From contig NC_092677.1 in assembly GCF_964355755.1 (NCBI RefSeq), positions 12,794,101 through 12,858,100 of the forward strand: a stretch of DNA of 64,000 nucleotides, read 5' to 3'. Below are positions 11,701-25,500 of this stretch, piece after piece. The first letter of the stretch is position 1. The number at the start of each line of letters is the position of its first letter. The notes below the pieces were generated by a model. It had not been told where the DNA came from and did no database searches. It saw only the letters and a program-made list of their open reading frames with translations. A program made the translations under genes and the position numbers. This DNA is from Antedon mediterranea. Taxonomy: Eukaryota; Animalia; Echinodermata.

Positions 11701-14700
11701 TTGATATAAGCAGTGAGTTAGGCAGATCATAAGTCAGCTCTCCTTAATTGCCTAAATCACATAGCTGACTTGGGCAGAAACACAACAAATATAGTATATT
11801 GATATAAATAGTGAGTTAGGCAGAAAAAAAAAAAAAATTATGTCTTAGACACTTTTGTTATGAGGCTGTCGATATCATCTATATACAAAAAAATGCTAAC
11901 TTTAAGTAACAAAATTTAATAGCATCAGCTCTTCAGATTAAAATTAACACTGATGAATTTAGAAAAGGAAAGTAGCAATAAAAGAGAAAGAATTTGGAAC
12001 AAATGGGTTAAAAAATATACTTTAAAAATGTATTTCTTATTTTATTAAAAAAATCATGAGTCTCCTCTCCTTAATTGCCTAAGTCACACAGCTGACTTAG
12101 GCAGAAACACAAAAAACGATCTGAGCATGTGCAAATGTATATAAAAGAACTCAGATAATGTACAGAGGGCAGTATAATTATATAAGCAGTGAGTTAGGCA
12201 GATCATAAGTCAGCTCTCCTTAATTGCCTAAGTCACATTGCTGACTTAGGCAGAAAAACAAAAAATGTAGTATATTGATATAAGCAGTGAGTTAGGCAGA
12301 AAAACAAAACAAAAATTATGACTTAAACACAAAATAATAGCAACAAAATAATAGTAACACAATTTAATAGCATTAGCTCTTCAGATTAAAATTAACAGCT
12401 GACTTAGGCAGAAACACAAAAAACGATCTGAGCATGTGCAAATGTATATAAAAGAACTCAGATAATGTACAGAGGGCAGTATAATTATTTAAGCAGTGAG
12501 TTAGGCAGATCATAAGTCAGCTCTCCTTAATTGCCTAAGTCACACAGCTGACTTAGGCAGAAACACAAAAAATGTAGTATATTGATATAAGCAGTGAGTT
12601 AGGCAGAAAAACAAAACAAAAATTATGACTTAAACACTTTTGTTATGAGGCTGTCGATATCATCTATATACAAAAAATGCTACCTTTAAGTAACAAAATT
12701 TAAAAGCATCAGCTCTTCAGATTAAAATTAACACTGATGTTTTTAGAAAAGGAAAGTAGCAATAAAAGAGAAAGAATTTGTAACAAATGGGTTAAAAAAT
12801 ATACTATAAAAATGTATTTCTTTTTTTATTTCAAAAATCATGAGTCTCCTCTCCTTAATTGCCTAAGTCACACAGCTGACTTAGGCAGAAACACAAAAAA
12901 CAATCTGAGCATGTGCAAATGTATATAAAAGCACTCAGATAATGTACAGAGAGCAGTATAATGATATAAGCAGTGAGTTAGGCAGATCATAAGTCAGCTC
13001 TCTTTAATTGCCTAAGTCACACAGCTGACTTAGGCAGAAACACAAAAAATATAGTATGTTGATATAAGCAGTGAGTTAGGCAGATCATAAGTCAGCTCTC
13101 CTTAATTGCCTAAGTCACACAGCTGACTTGGGCAGAAACACATCAAATATAGTATATTGATATAAATAGTGAGTTAGGCAGAAAAAAAAAATTATGTCTT
13201 AGACACTTTTGTTATGAGGCTGTCGATATCATCTATATACAAAAAAATTTTAAGTAAAAAAATTTAATAGCATCAGCTCTTCAGATTAAAATTAACACTG
13301 ATGAATTTAGAAAAGGAAAGTAGCAATAAAAGAGAAAGAATTTGGAACAAATGGGTTAAAAAATATACTTTAAAAATGTATTTCTTATTTTATTAAAAAA
13401 ATCATGAGTCTCCTCTCCTTAATTGCCTAAGTCACACAGCTGACTTAGGCAGAAACACAAAAAACGATCTGAGCATGTGCAAATGTATATAAAAGAACTC
13501 AGATAATGTACAGAGGGCAGTATAATTATATAAGCAGTGAGTTAGGCAGATCATAAGTCAGCTCTCTTTAATTGCCTAAGTCACACAGCTGACTTAGGCA
13601 GAAACACAAAAAATGTAGTATATTGATATAAGCAGTGAGTTAGGCAGAAAAACAAAACAAAAATTATGACTTAAACACTTTTGTTATGAGGTTGTCGATA
13701 TCATCTATATACAAAAAATGTTACCTTTAAATAACAAAATTTAATAGCATTAGCTCTTCAGATTAAAATTTACACTCATGATTTTAGAAAAGGAAAGTAG
13801 CAATAAAAGAGAAAGAATTTGTAACAAATGGGTTAAAAAATATACTATAAAAATGTATTTCTTTTTTTATTTAAAAAATCATGAGTCTCCTTTCCTTTAT
13901 TGCCTAAGTCACACAGCTGACTTAGGCAGAAACACAAAAAACGATCTGAGCATGTGCAAATGTATATAAAAGCACTCAGATAATGTACAGAGGGCAGTAT
14001 AATTATATAAGCAGTGAGTTAGGCAGATCATAAGTCAGCTCTCCTTAATTGCCAAGTCACACAGCTGACTTAGGCAGAAACACAAAAAATGTAGTATATT
14101 GATATAAGCAGTGAGTTAGGCAGAAAAACAAAACAAAAATTATGACTTAAACACTTTTGTTATGAGGCTGTCGATATCATCTATATACAAAAAATGTTAC
14201 CTTTAAATAACAAAATTTAATAGCATTAGCTCTTCAGATTAAAATTAACACTGATGTTTTTAGAAAAGGAAAGTACCAATAAAAGAGAAAGAATTTGTAA
14301 CAAATGGGTTAAAAAATATACTATAAAAATGTATTTCTTTTTTTATTTAAAAAATCATGAGTCTCCTCTCCTTAATTGCCTAAGTCACACAGCTGACTTA
14401 GGCAGAAACACAAAAAAATATCTGAGCATGTGCAAATGTATATAAAAGCACTCAGTTAATGTACAGAGAGCAGTATAATGATATAAGCAGTGACTTAGGC
14501 AGATCATAAGTCAGCTCTCCTTAATTGCCTAAGTCACACAGCTGACTTAGGCAGAAACACAAAAAATATAGTATATTGATATAAGCAGTGAGTTAGGCAG
14601 ATCATAAGTCAGCTCTCCTTAATTGCCTAAGTCACACAGCTGCTTCTCCTTAATTGCCTAAGTCACACAGCTGACTTAGGCAGAAACACAAAAAATATAG

Positions 14701-16643
14701 TCTATTGATATAAGCAGTGAGTTAGGCAGATCATAAGTCAGCTCTCTTTAATTGCCTAAGTCACACTGCTGACTTAGGCAGAAACACAAAAAAAATGTAG
14801 TATATTGATATAAGCAGTGAGTTAGGCAGAAAAACAAAACAAAAATTATGACTTAAACACAAAATAATAGCAACAAAATAATAGTAACAAAATTTAATAG
14901 CATTAGCTCTTCAGATTAAAATTAACAGCTGACTTAGGCAGAAACACAAAAAACGATCTGAGCATGTGCAAATGTATATAAAAGAACTCAGATAATGTAC
15001 AGAGGGCAGTATAATTATATAAGCAGTGAGTTAGGCAGATCATAAGTCAGCTCTCCTTAATTGCCTAAGTCACACAGCTGACTTAGGCAGAAACACAAAA
15101 AACAATCTGAGCATGTGCAAATGTATATAAAAGCACTCAGATAATGTACAGAGAGCAGTATAATGATATAAGCAGTGAGTTAGGCAGATCATAAGTCAGC
15201 TCTCCTTAATTGCCTAAGTCACACAGCTGACTTAGGCAGAAACACAAAAAATATAGTATATTGATATAAGCAGTGAGTTAGGCAGATCATAAGTCAGCTC
15301 TCCTTAATTGCCTAAGTCAAACAGCTGACTTGGGCAGAAACACAACAAATATAGTATATTGATATAAATAGTGAGTTAGGCAGAAAAAAAAAATTATGTC
15401 TTAGACACTTTTGTTATGAGGCTGTCGATATCATCTATATACAAAAAAATGCTACCTTTAAGTAACAAAATTTAATAGCATCAGCTCTTCAGATTAAAAT
15501 TAACACTGATGAATTGAGAAAAGGAAAGTAGCAATAAAAGAGAAAGAATTTGGAACAAATGGGTTAAAAAATTTACTTTAAAAATGTATTTCTTATTTTA
15601 TTAAAAAAATCATGAGTCTCCTCTCCTTAATTGCCTAAGTCACACAGCTGACTTAGGCAGAAACACAAAAAACGATCTGAGCATGTGCAAATGTATATAA
15701 AAGAACTCAGATAATGTACAGAGGGCAGTATAATTATATAAGCAGTGAGTTAGGCAGATCATAAGTCAGCTCTCCTTAATTGCCTAAGTCACACAGCTGA
15801 CTTAGGCAGAAACACAAAAAACAATCAGAGCATGTGCAAATGTATATAAAAGCACTCAGATAATGTACAGAGAGCAGTATAATGATATAAGCAGTGAGTT
15901 AGGCAGATCATAAGTCAGCTCTCCTTAATTGCCTAAGTCACACAGCTGACTTAGACAGAAACACAAAAAATATAGTATATTGATATAAGCAGTGAGTTAG
16001 GCAGAAAAACAAAACAAAAATTATGACTTAAACACTTTTGTTATGAGGCTGTCGATATCATCTATATACCAAAAATGCTACCTTTAAGTAACAAAATTTA
16101 ATAGCATTAGCTCTTCAGATTAAAATTAACACTGATGATTTTAGAAAAGGAAAGTAGCAATAAAAGAGAAAGAATTTGTAACAAATGGGTTAAAAAATAT
16201 ACTATAAAAATGTATTTCTTTTTTTATTTAAAAAATCATGAGTCTCCTCTCCTTAATTGCCTAAGTCACACAGCTGACTTAGGCAGAAACACAAAAAACG
16301 ATCTGAGCATGTGCAAATGTATATAAAAGCACTCAGATAATGTACAGAGAGCAGTATAATGATATAAGCAGTGAGTTAGGCAGATCATAAGTCAGCTCTC
16401 CTTAATTGCCTAAGTCACACAGCTGACTTAGGCAGAAACACAAAAAATATAGTATATTGATTTAAGCAGTGAGTTAGGCAGATCATAAGTCAGCTCTCCT
16501 TAATTGCCTAAGTCACACAGCTGCTTCTCCTTAATTGCCTAAGTCACACAGCTGACTTAGGCAGAAACACAAAAAACGATCTGAGCATGTGCAAATGTAT
16601 ATAAAAGAACTCAGATAATGTACAGAGGGCAGTATAATTATAT

Positions 16644-17603
16644 TTTATTTTTTTTTATTTTATTTATTCATTTCCCAACCAACAGTGAGCTCATGGTTCA
16701 CCACTTACAGGAGGGAACACAGACAAACACGAACATATACAATAACAAACATTAAACTAAACTACTAACAATGTTACGAAACTTACGGAAATTATTACTA
16801 AAGATATCTAACTCAGGGTTTCTTAAAGTAAAAGAATTATAAGTTTGACTTAATCTACTAATAAAACCATTTTTTAAAACATTTACTCTACTAAAAGGAA
16901 TATGAAAAGTAGTATTTCTTCTAAGACGACGACTAGGGACTCTAAGATAAAAATTACTAACTAAATTACAGTCAAATAAAGAATTAATACATTTATACAA
17001 AAAAACAAGATAAAAAAAGGTTCTACGAGACTCAGGAGATCGGACATGGAAATGAAAGTCAGGATTCTGGTTGTGGCTGATGTAGCGTAAAAAACGGTTA
17101 TGCAGACGCTGAATGCGCGTAGACTGAGTTTTCAAAATAGAATTAAAAATAACAGAACTGAAGTTGAGAATGGGATGGATAATTGAATAATAAAGGTGGA
17201 TTTTGGTTTGCCTGTCAAAATGTTTACAATTACGCCACATCAGCCCAAGCAGTCTATTGCACTTGCCAACAAGATAATCAAAATGAAAAGAAAAACAAAG
17301 GGAACTATCAATAAAAACAACAAGATCTTTTTGCGATTGCACCCTATTAATGGGATTGTCATTAATTAAATAATTATAAAATAAAATGTTCTTTTTCAAA
17401 GTAATAGTTAAAATATTGCACTTTACTGGATTGAGGGACATACCCCATAAAGCTGCCCAAGAACATAGCTTGTCCAAGTCCACCTGAAGCCTGTCAGCAT
17501 CCTCAACACTACCAATAATTTTGTATAGCTTAACATCATCAGCAAACATAAGACATCTGGAGTGGGTGAAGAGTTTTGGGATATCATTGACAAAAAGATT
17601 GAA
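16644..17603 (-). mobile_element. 5'-truncated CR1/L2-type LINE, copy 2 (duplicated with flanking satellite)
   Basis: ORF 16752-17549 differs from copy 1 by two residues (K>N, G>V). Both junctions match copy 1; offset ~13,825 bp. Confidence 0.93.
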
Positions 17604-18741
17604 AAGCAGTGAGTTAGCCAGATCATAAGTCAGCTCTCCTTAATTGCCTAAGTCACACAGCTGACTTAGGCAGAAACACAAAAAATGTAGTATATTGATA
17701 TAAGCAGTGAGTTAGGCAGAAAAACAAAACAAAAATTATGACTTAAACACTTTTGTTATGAGGCTGTCGATATCATCTATATACAAAAAATGCTACCTTT
17801 AAGTAACAAAATTTAATAGCATTAGCTCTTCAGATTAAAATTTACACTCATGATTTTAGAAAAGGAAAGTAGCAATAAAAGAGAAAGAATTTGTAACAAA
17901 TGGGTTAAAAAATATACTATAAAAATGTATTTCTTTTTTTATTTAAAAAATCATGAGTCTCCTTTCCTTTATTGCCTAAGTCACACAGCTGACTTAGGCA
18001 GAAACACAAAAAACGATCTGAGCATGTGCAAATGTATATAAAAGCACTCAGATAATGTACAGAGAGCAGTATAATGATATAAGCAGTGATTTAGGCAGAT
18101 CATAAGTCAGCTCTCCTTAGTTGCCTAAGTCACACAGCTGACTTAGGCAGAAACACAAAAAATATAGTATATTGATAAAAGCAGTGAGTTAGGCAGAAAA
18201 ATAAAACAAAAATTATGACTTAGACACTTTTGTTATGAGGCTGTCGATATCATCTATATACCAAAAATGCTACCTTTAAGTAACAAAATTTAATAGCATT
18301 AGCTCTTCAGATTAAAATTAACACTGATGATTTTAGAAAAAAAAAGTAGCAATAAAAGAGAAAGAATTTGTAACAAATGGGTTAAAAAATATACTATAAA
18401 AATGTATTTCTTTTTTTTATTTAAAAAATCATGAGTCTCCTCTCCTTAATTGCCTAAGTCACACAGCTGACTTAGGCAGAAACACAAAAAACGATCTGAG
18501 CATGTGCAAATGTATATAAAGCACTCAGATAATGTACAGAGAGCAGTATAATGATATAAGCAGTGAGTTAGGCAGATCATAAGTCAGCTTTCCTTAATTG
18601 CCTAAGTCACACAGCTGACTTAGGCAGAAACACAAAAAATGTAGTATATTGATATAAGCAGTGGGTTAGGCAGAAAAACAAAACAAAAATTATGACTTAA
18701 ACACTTTTGTTATGAGGCTGTCAATATCATCTATATACAAA

Positions 18742-19547
18742 CAAGGCCAACAGCCATTAAGTCGCGTGCTACAATGCATAGTGATACCGGACCGACAGAC
18801 AAAGAGACCGACAGACAGACAGACCGACAGACAGACGGACCGACCGACATAGTGAACTATACTGACCGAAATTACTGAACATGTTTAAAAATGTTGAAAT
18901 GTTTAAAAACATTTATATTTTTTTAATTTACACGTGCGTAGCCTGTCACTTTTGACGTGCTCGTATAACGTAATTTCGAGTTGAAAAGTAAGTCAAGAAA
19001 ACAGAAATCGGGCAAAAAGAGTGCGCAATAACATTTAACGCGCAGTGCGCGCGCAAAAATCTGCGCACTCATGGCAATTTTGTAAACGCTTAAAATTGCC
19101 TTAAACGTACTCTTATTTCATCGAAAATAAAATTTTAAAATTTTAAGCGCGCGTACGCATGCGTTACATGCGCTACGCACGTAATTGTATTGCCATATGA
19201 TGATTTATGCCCTGAAATTTATGAGTACCAAATTTTATTTAATTGTGATTCATGGTTGTTAAGATAATGATTACAAACGTGATTTCGTTAAATCGTGCGT
19301 AGACCGCGTAATTTTTTATTGCGCACCGTGAAAACATAACCACATCGATTCCTGGCCATAAGGAATATTCTGTGAAAAATTGACTTAGCTAGAGTAAACT
19401 GATATCAAGATAAGGTCATAAAGTGATAAAACGCATAGTGATACCGGACTGACAGACAGACAGACCGACAGACAGACCGACAGACAGACCGACAGACAGA
19501 CCGACCGACCGACATAGTGAACTATAGAGTCGCTTCCACGCGACTAA
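18742..19547 (-). mobile_element. HINE / DINE-1-like element, copy 2 (duplicated with flanking satellite)
   Basis: Same junctions as 4917-5722, offset 13,825 bp, with only a couple of visible substitutions. Confidence 0.8.
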
Positions 19548-22500
19548 AAATGCTACCTTTAAGTAACAAAATTTAATAGCATTAGCTCTTCAGATTAAAA
19601 TTAACACTGATGATTTTAGAAAAGGAAAGTAGCAATAAAAGAGAAAGAATTTGTAACAAATGGGTTAAAAAATATACTATAAAAATGTATTTCTTTTTTT
19701 ATTTAAAAAATCATGAGTCTCCTCTCCTTAATTGCCTAAGTCACACAGCTGACTTAGGCAGAAACACAAAAAACGATCTGAGCATGTGCAAATGTATATA
19801 AAAGCACTCAGATAATGTACAGAGAGCAGTATAATGATATAAGCAGTGAGTTAGGCAGATCATAAGTCAGCTCTCCTTAATTGCCTTAGTCACACAGCTG
19901 ACTTAGGCAGAAACACAAAAAAATATAGTTTATTGATATAAGCAGTGAGTTAGGCAGATCATAAGTCAGCTCTCCTTAATTGCCTAAGTCACACAGCTGC
20001 TTCTCCTTAATTGCCTAAGTCACACAGCTGACTTAGGCGGAAACACAAAAAACAATCTGAGCATGTCCAAATGTATATAAAAGAACTCAGATAATGTACA
20101 GAGGGCAGTATAATTATATAAGCAGTGAGTTAGGCAGATCATAAGTCAGCTCTCCTTAATTACCTAAGTCACACAGCTGACTTAGGCAGAAACACAAAAA
20201 ATGTAGTATATTGATATAAGCAGTGAGTTAGGCAGAAAAACAAAACAAAAATTATGACTTAAACACTTTTGTTATGAGGCTGTCGATATCATCTATATAC
20301 AAAAAAATGCTACTTTTAAGTAACAAAATTTAATAGCATTAGCTCTTCAGATTAAAATTAACACTGATTATTTTAGAAAAGGAAAGTAGCAATAAAAGAG
20401 AAAGAATTTGTAACAAATGGGTTAAAAAATATACTATAAAAATGTATTTCTTTTTTTATTTAAAAAATCATGAGTCTCCTCTCCTTAATTGCCTAAGTCA
20501 CACAGCTGACTTAGGCAGAAACACAAAAAAATATAGTATATTGGTATAAGCAGTGAGTTAGGCAGATCATAAGTCAGCTCTCCTTAATTGCCTAAGTCAC
20601 ACAGCTGCTTCTCCTTAATTGCCTAAGTCACACAGCTGACTTAGGCAGAAACACAAAAAACGATCTGAGCATGTGCAAATGTATATAAAAGAACTCAGAT
20701 AATGTACAGAGGGCAGTATAATTATATAAGCAGTGAGTTAGGCAGATCATAAGTCAGCTCTCCTTAATTGCCTAAGTCACACAGCTGACTTAGGCAGAAA
20801 CACAAAAAACAATCTGAGCATGTGCAAATGTTTATAAAAGCACTCAGATAATGTACAGAGAGCAGTATAATGATATAAGCAGTGAGTTAGGCAGATCATA
20901 AGTCAGCTCTCCTAATTGCCTAAGTCACACAGCTGACTTAGGCAGAAACACAAAAAATATAGTATATTGATATAAGCAGTGAGTTAGGCAGATCATAAGT
21001 CAGCTCTCCTTAATTGCCTAAGTCACACAGCTGACTTGGGCAGAAACACAACAAATATAGTATATTGATATAAATAGTGAGTTAGGCAGAAGAAAAAAAT
21101 TATGTCTTAGAAACTTTTGTTATGAGGCTGTCGATATCATCTATATACAAAAAAATGCTACCTTTAAGTAACATAATTTAATAGCACCAGCTCTTCAGAT
21201 TAAAATTAACACTGATGAATTTAGAAAAGGAAAGTAGCAATAAAAGAGAAAGAATTTGGAACAAATGGGTTAAAAAATATACTTTAAAAATGTATTTCTT
21301 ATTTTATTAAAAAAATCATGAGTCTCCTCTCCTTAATTGCCTAAGTCACACAGCTGACTTAGGCAGAAACACAAAAAACGATCTGAGCATGTGCAAATGT
21401 ATATAAAAGAACTCAGATAATGTACAGAGGGCAGTATAATTATATAAGCAGTGAGTTAGGCAGATCATAAGTCAGCTCTCCTTAATTGCCTAAGTCACAC
21501 AGCTGACTTAGGCAGAAACACAAAAAATGTAGTATATTGATATAAGCAGTGAGTTAGGCAGAAAAACAAAACAAAAATTATTACTTAAACTCTTTTGTTA
21601 TGAGGCTGTCGATATCATCTATATACAAAAAAATGCTACCTTTAAGTAACAAAATTTAATAGCATTAGCTCTTCAGATTAAAATTAACAGTGATGATTTT
21701 AGAAAAGGAAAGTAGCAATAAAAGAGAACGAATTTGTAACAAATGGGTTAAAAAATATACTATAAAAATGTATTTCTTTTTTTATTTAAAAAATCATGAG
21801 TCTCCTCTCCTTAATTGCCTAAGTCACACAGCTGACTTAGGCAGAAACACAAAAAACGACCTGAGCATGTGCAAATGTATATAAAAGCACTCAGATAATG
21901 TACAGAGAGCAGTATAATGATATAAGCAGTGAGTTAGGCAGATCATAAGTCAGCTCTCCTTAATTGCCTAAGTCACACAGGTGTCTTAGGCAGAAACACA
22001 AAAAATATAGTATATTGATATAAGCAGTGAGTTAGGCAGATCATAAGTCAGCTCTCCTTAATTGCCTAAGTTACACAGCTGACTTGGGCAGAAACACAAC
22101 AAATATAGTATATTGATATAAATAGTGAGTCAGGCAGAAAAACAAAACAAAAATTATGACTTAAACACTTTTGTTATGAGGCTGTCGATATCATCTATAT
22201 ACAAAAAATGCTACCTTTAAGTAACAAAATTTAATAGCATTAGCTCTTCAGATTAAAATTAACACTGATGATTTTAGAAAAGGAAAGTAGCAATAAAAGA
22301 GAAAGAATTTGTAACAAATGGGTTAAAAAATATACTATAAAAATGTATTTCTTTTTTTATTTAAAAAATCATGAGTCTCCTCTCCTTAATTGCCTAAGTC
22401 ACACAGCTGACTTAGGCAGAAAAACAAAACAAAAATTATGACTTAGACACTTTTGTTATGAGGCTGTCGATATCATCTATATACAAAAAAATGCTACCTT

Positions 22501-25500
22501 TAAGTAACATAATTTAATAGCACCAGCTCTTCAGATTAAAATTAACACTGATGAATTTAGAAAAGGAAAGTAGCAATAAAAGAGAAAGAATTTGGAACAA
22601 ATGGGTTAAAAAATATACTTTAAAAATGTATTTCTTATTTTATTAAAAAAATCATGAGTCTCCTCTCCTTAATTGCCTAAGTCACACAGCTGACTTAGGC
22701 AGAAACACAAAAAACGATCTGAGCATGTGCAAATGTATATAAAAGAACTCAGATAATGTACAGAGGGCAGTATAATTATATAAGCAGTGAGTTAGGCAGA
22801 TCATAAGTCAGCTCTCTTTAATTGCCTAAGTCACACAGCTGACTTAGGCAGAAACACAAAAAATGTAGTATATTGATATAAGCAGTGAGTTAGGCAGAAA
22901 AACAAAACAAAAATTATGACTTAAACACTTTTGTTATGAGACTGTCGATATCATCTATATACAAAAAAATGCTACCTTTAAGTAACAAAATTTAATAGCA
23001 TTAGCTCTTCAGATTAAAATTAACAGTGATGATTTTAGAAAAGGAAAGTAGCAATAAAAGAGAAAGAATTTGTAACAAATGGGTTAAAAAATATACTATA
23101 AAAATGTATTTCTTTTTTTATTTAAAAAATCATGAGTCTCCTCTCCTTCATTGCCTAAGTCACACAGCTGACTTAGGCAGAAACACAAAAAACGACCTGA
23201 GCATGTGCAAATGTATATAAAAGCACTCAGATAATGTACAGAGAGCAGTATAATGATATAAGCAGTGAGTTAGGCAGATCATAAGTCAGCTCTCCTTAAT
23301 TGCCTAAGTCACACAGGTGTCTTAGGCAGAAACACAAAAAATATAGTATATTGATATAAGCAGTGAGTTAGGCAGATCATAAGTCAGCTCTCCTTAATTG
23401 CCTAAGTTACACAGCTGACTTGGGCAGAAACACAACAAATATAGTATATTGATATAAATAGTGAGTCAGGCAGAAAAACAAAACAAAAATTATGACTTAA
23501 ACACTTTTGTTATGAGGCTGTCGATATCATCTATATACAAAAAATGCTACCTTTAAGTAACAAAATTTAATAGCATTAGCTCTTCAGATTAAAATTAACA
23601 CTGATGATTTTAGAAAAGGAAAGTAGCAATAAAAGAGAAAGAATTTGTAACAAATGGGTTAAAAAATATACTATAAAAATGTATTTCTTTTTTTATTTAA
23701 AAAATCATGAGTCTCCTCTCCTTAATTGCCTAAGTCACACAGCTGACTTAGGCAGAAACACAAAAAACGATCTGAGCATGTGCAAATGTATATAAAAGCA
23801 CTCAGACAATGTGCAGAGAGCAGTATAATGATATAAGCAGTGAGTTAGGCAGATCATCAATCAGCTCTCCTTAATTGCCTAAGTCACACAGCTGACTTAG
23901 GCAGAAACACAAAAAATATAGTATATTGATATAAGCAGTGAGTTAGGCAGATCATAAGTCAGCTCTCCTTAATTGCCTAAGTCACACTGCTGACTTGGGC
24001 AGAAACACAACAAATATAGTATATTGATATAAATAGTGAGTCAGGCAGAAAAACAAAACAAAAATTATGACTTAAACACTTTTGTTATGAGGCTGTCGAT
24101 ATCATCTATATACAAAAAATGCTACCTTTAAGTAACAAAATTTAATAGCATTAGCTCTTCAGATTAAAATTAACACTGATGATTTTAGAAAAGGAAAGTA
24201 GCAATAAAAGAGAAAGAATTTGTAACAAATGGGTTAAAAAATATACTATAAAAATGTATTTCTTTTTTTATTTAAAAAATCATGAGTCTCCTCTCCTTAA
24301 TTGCCTAAGTCACACAGCTGACTTAGGCAGAAAAACAAAACAAAAATTATGACTTAGACACTTTTTTTATGAGGCTGTCGATATCATCTATATACAAAAA
24401 AATGCTACCTTTAAGTAACATAATTTAATAGCACCAGCTCTTCAGATTAAAATTAACACTGATGAATTTAGAAAAGGAAAGTAGCAATAAAAGAGAAAGA
24501 ATTTGGAGCAAATGGGTTAAAAAATATACTTTAAAAATGTATTTCTTATTTTATTAAAAAAATCATGAGTCTCCTCTCCTTAATTGCCTAAGTCACACAG
24601 CTGACTTAGGCAGAAACACAAAAAACGATCTGAGCATGTGCAAATGTATATAAAAGAACTCAGATAATGTACAGAGGGCAGTATAATTATAAAAGCAGTG
24701 AGTTAGGCAGATCATAAGTCAGCTCTCTTTAATTGCCTAAGTCACACAGCTGACTTAGGCAGAAACACAAAAAATGTAGTATATTGATATAAGCAGTGAG
24801 TTAGGCAGAAAAACAAAACAAAAATTATGACTTAAACACTTTTGTTATGAGACTGTCGATATCATCTATATACAAAAAAATGCTACCTTTAAGTAACAAA
24901 ATTTAATAGCATTAGCTCTTCAGATTAAAATTAACAGTGATGATTTTAGAAAAGGAAAGTAGCAATAAAAGAGAAAGAATTTGTAACAAATGGGTTAAAA
25001 AATATACTATAAAAATGTATTTCTTTTTTTATTTAAAAAATCATGAGTCTCCTCTCCTTAATTGTCTAAGTCACACAGCTGACTTAGGCAGAAACACAAA
25101 AAACGATCTGAGCATGTGCAAATGTATATAAAAGAACTCAGATAATGTACAGAGGGCAGTATAATTATATAAGCAGTGAGTTAGGCAGATCATAAGTCAG
25201 CTTTCATTAATTGCCTAAGTCACACAGCTGACTTAGGCAGAAACACAAAAAATATAGTATATTGATATAAGCAGTGAGTTAGGCAGATCATAAGTCAGCT
25301 CCCCTTAATTGCCTAAGTTACACAGCTGACTTAGGCAGAAACACAAAAAATATAGTATATTGATATAAGCAGTGAGTTAGGCAGATCATAAGTCAGCTCT
25401 CCTTAATTGCCTAAGTCACACAGCTGACTTCGGCAGAAACACAACAAATATAGTTTATTGATAGAAGCAGTGAGTTAAGCAGAAAAAAAAAATGTCTTAG

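Noticed and set aside
428-25131. Twenty near-identical 61-64-aa ORFs (MILEKESSNKRER...) suggesting a tandem peptide gene family
   Set aside because: They span the E-A-B junction of the satellite. Many equivalent monomers have lost the ATG or are disrupted in A/T runs, and there is no recognisable domain or signal peptide. Ribosome profiling would be needed to revive the idea.
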